64,000 bases of DNA, from positions 91,016,001 to 91,080,000 of the forward strand of contig NC_059429.1 in NCBI RefSeq assembly GCF_021028975.2, in the 5' to 3' direction. The notes under the pieces were generated by a model, which saw only the letters and a list, made by a program, of their open reading frames with translations, was not told the origin of the DNA and made no database searches. Below, piece by piece: positions 61,546-64,000 of the stretch. A program made the translations under genes and the position numbers. Positions within the stretch are counted from its first letter, which is position 1; each line of letters begins with the position of its first letter. This stretch comes from Sphaerodactylus townsendi (lineage: Eukaryota).

Positions 61546-62534
61546 TAATAGGGCAACCATAAGCACAACCAACAAATGAGCTGCAAGTCTGTGATGATGT
61601 CCTCAAGAAGATCTGTGCAAAAAGGGTATTCAGTACTAGAGTGATTTTCTATGTGATAGCTGATTCTCATTTGCCAACTCACTGCATCAGAAATGCAATG
61701 GTGTCATACAAGTTTTACCCCAGGACAGGTACTCATAGCAGCTAACTCAATTCAAATTAAAAATACTACAATAATCATGCAATAAAACACCTCAAAAATG
61801 ACAAACACAGAAAACATATTTTAAACAATGACTAGATAGGTGGCTAAACACCTCTTGGATGTGAATAGGAGGAAAGGGGGCAAGGGGAATCATGACAATG
61901 TCATTACACTGGCATAAGCCGTAATGTTGGGCAACACTCTAGCATTGACCTCAAATTCTCTGGTGAAACCATAGGGTTTGGGGCAATACTAAAGCATTAT
62001 TACCTAGCTGTACCCATAACTGCATTGTGGAATCCAACCTTTCCCCTCTTATTTGCAGCATGAGAACATAATCTGGGGAGGCGAATCAGCTTTCCTGTTT
62101 TTGACAAAAGAGGCAGCAATGGAACGTGAAATAGATGCCACAATAATTGCTTCTCTACTTCCTTTTACTGATCACATTAAATTATTATTTTGTCAAATTC
62201 CATTAAGCTCTAAGATAAAGGAAGATTACATGCAAAGTACTGAAATAATACACAAAAAGGTAATTATCTTCACAATTGGGTGGTACTTGTTTAATTGGGT
62301 AAGGGATACGCACTAATCCTTTGGGAAGGTCTAGACTGCTGCAGATGCATCTGCCAAAGGTGATTTTATCATGTGGACTATTGGACCATTGCTAATGAAG
62401 TGCAGAAATCTAAGCCTAATTGTCGACTATTTTTTACATTCATATTATTGTTGTGAACAAAAGATACGTTAATAGCAATATCACAAAATGGTACCAATTT
62501 AGGAACACAGGAAATGTATGCAGATGTATGCAGT

Positions 62535-63070
62535 TGAATCAAGTTCAAGATTTTGGTACTCACTTTCAAAACCCTAAATGGTCTGCGGCCATCATACTTG
62601 CAGGACCATCTTACCTGTTATGTTCACTGAAGAGCACTATGTTCACAAATAACAACTGGCCTGAAAGAGATCCAGCTGGCCTCAACCAGGGCCAGGGCAT
62701 TTTTGGCTGATGAAACATTGCGATGAAATGTTCTGTCAGATGAAACCCAAACCCTGCGGGACCTGAGGCAGTTCTGCACGGCCTGTAAGATGGATCTGTT
62801 CCACCAGGCTTATGGTTGAGGCAGCAACGGCATATAATACTATCTAATGGCTTCCCTCTTCTCTTTCTTTCCATTTCTTCTCTTATTTTGCAGCTCTGAG
62901 ATAAGGATTTTAATACAAAGTGTTGCTCGTCATCGGACTTTAAGTTCATTTATTGATTATGATATGTTTTTTAACTTTTGTTTTATTGTATTTGAATAGT
63001 GGTGGAAGCCCCCTTGACCTGCAAGGGGAAGGGTGGCCTATAAAAGCAATAAAGAAATTAAAAAAAAAAT
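62535..63070 (+). mobile_element. L2 LINE 3' remnant
   Basis: VLTFK-like start and QFCTACKMDLFHQAYG (compare EFRRACKTVLFHRAFG), followed by an A-rich tail. Confidence 0.75.
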
Positions 63071-63324
63071 TGTAGGATTCCACTGGGTAAAATGACGCTT
63101 AGCTATGCTTCCGTTGCATGTAGCTCATCATATGCTGCATTTCTGAGAGGTATACCTAAGATTTTGTAGACGTACATCCAGATTGCTTGCTTGCGAATGT
63201 TTTCAACTACATATATAATACAGATGCACTGATCCTCAGATCATAATTGACAACAGCTTCCTGCTGAGGGTACACTTTAACAAACCTGTGTTTGTCTCTG
63301 TGTACTGTGCCTAGTAAATATTGT

Positions 63325-63388
63325 GATGTGATGTCACCCCATGGGTCAGTAATGACCTGGTGCTTGCAGGGGACTACCTTTACCTTTT
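63325..63388 (+). mobile_element. Sauria SINE 3' end
   Basis: GGGTCAGTAATGACCTGGTGCTTGCAGGGGACTACCTTTACCTTT with an (ACCTTT)n tail. Confidence 0.7.
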
Positions 63389-64000
63389 AATGTGTGAAAT
63401 GTTCCTCAAGGATGTCATGTTCCGGTTCTACAAATGGTGTGATACTACATTTCTGCTGATAGCTGCAGCTATGTCTTGCAATCAAACTGTCAAATAACGA
63501 GGGGGGAGAAATGAAGGGGGTAAATCATTTTAGAAATTTGCTGATCGTTGGCACAGGCTGCCAGAAACCTTGCTGAGGCAGCAAGACACCCATAACTATC
63601 AGCAAGATGGTATCTCTTCTTCACAGGCACTTCACTTCCCCCCTCTCTTTGTTTATTTTATTGACCAACCAAGATCTTGGGCAGATAGCTAAACAAACAG
63701 AGTTCTTTATTTATGCAGATAACAAGTTCATTTGACATTGTGCTGCCATAAATCTTGTCTCTCAGCCATTGTATCCACTGATCTTGAGCCATAAACACTG
63801 CTTAAAAGTTTTCCCTCTGATCCAGCAACTTGCCTGAGGGTAGCATCCTTAGATGAGAAGCTGCTTATTATCTGACCTCCTGATTGCCAGCATTTCTTCC
63901 CATCTTCAGAGTTGCAATTCTGCCCCCAACTGAAGATGGTATAAAGACTTGCTACCTGAGCATGGGAAGGGACAAACAGCTCCACCTCAGTCTATAAGGA

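Overview
This is vertebrate, non-coding, repeat-rich DNA. The SINE, MITE and LINE families point to a squamate, most likely a gecko (inference). I recognise no host protein-coding exon, RNA gene, CRISPR array or prokaryotic system. Two full-length Ty3/Gypsy chromoviruses of the Tf1/sushi group dominate the window (21613-28277 and 46778-53679). The second is nested in a non-autonomous PIF/Harbinger transposon (45579-53774) that keeps only its Myb/SANT gene. The best mechanistic signal is that neither chromovirus has a tRNA primer-binding site. Each has an about 11-nt PBS complementary to the predicted transcript 5' end in its own LTR, and the two families use different, co-varying sequences, which indicates Tf1-type self-priming. 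The dense indels inside both elements look like unpolished long-read error rather than decay. Also present: a young 5'-truncated L2 LINE and older L2/CR1 remnants, an R4/Dong-type cluster at (TAA)n repeats, a Penelope inverted remnant, a SPIN-type hAT MITE, several Harbinger and hAT MITEs with TSDs, Squam/Sauria SINEs, solo LTR-like repeats and a perfect 42-bp hairpin. Family names come from recalled motifs, not database searches.
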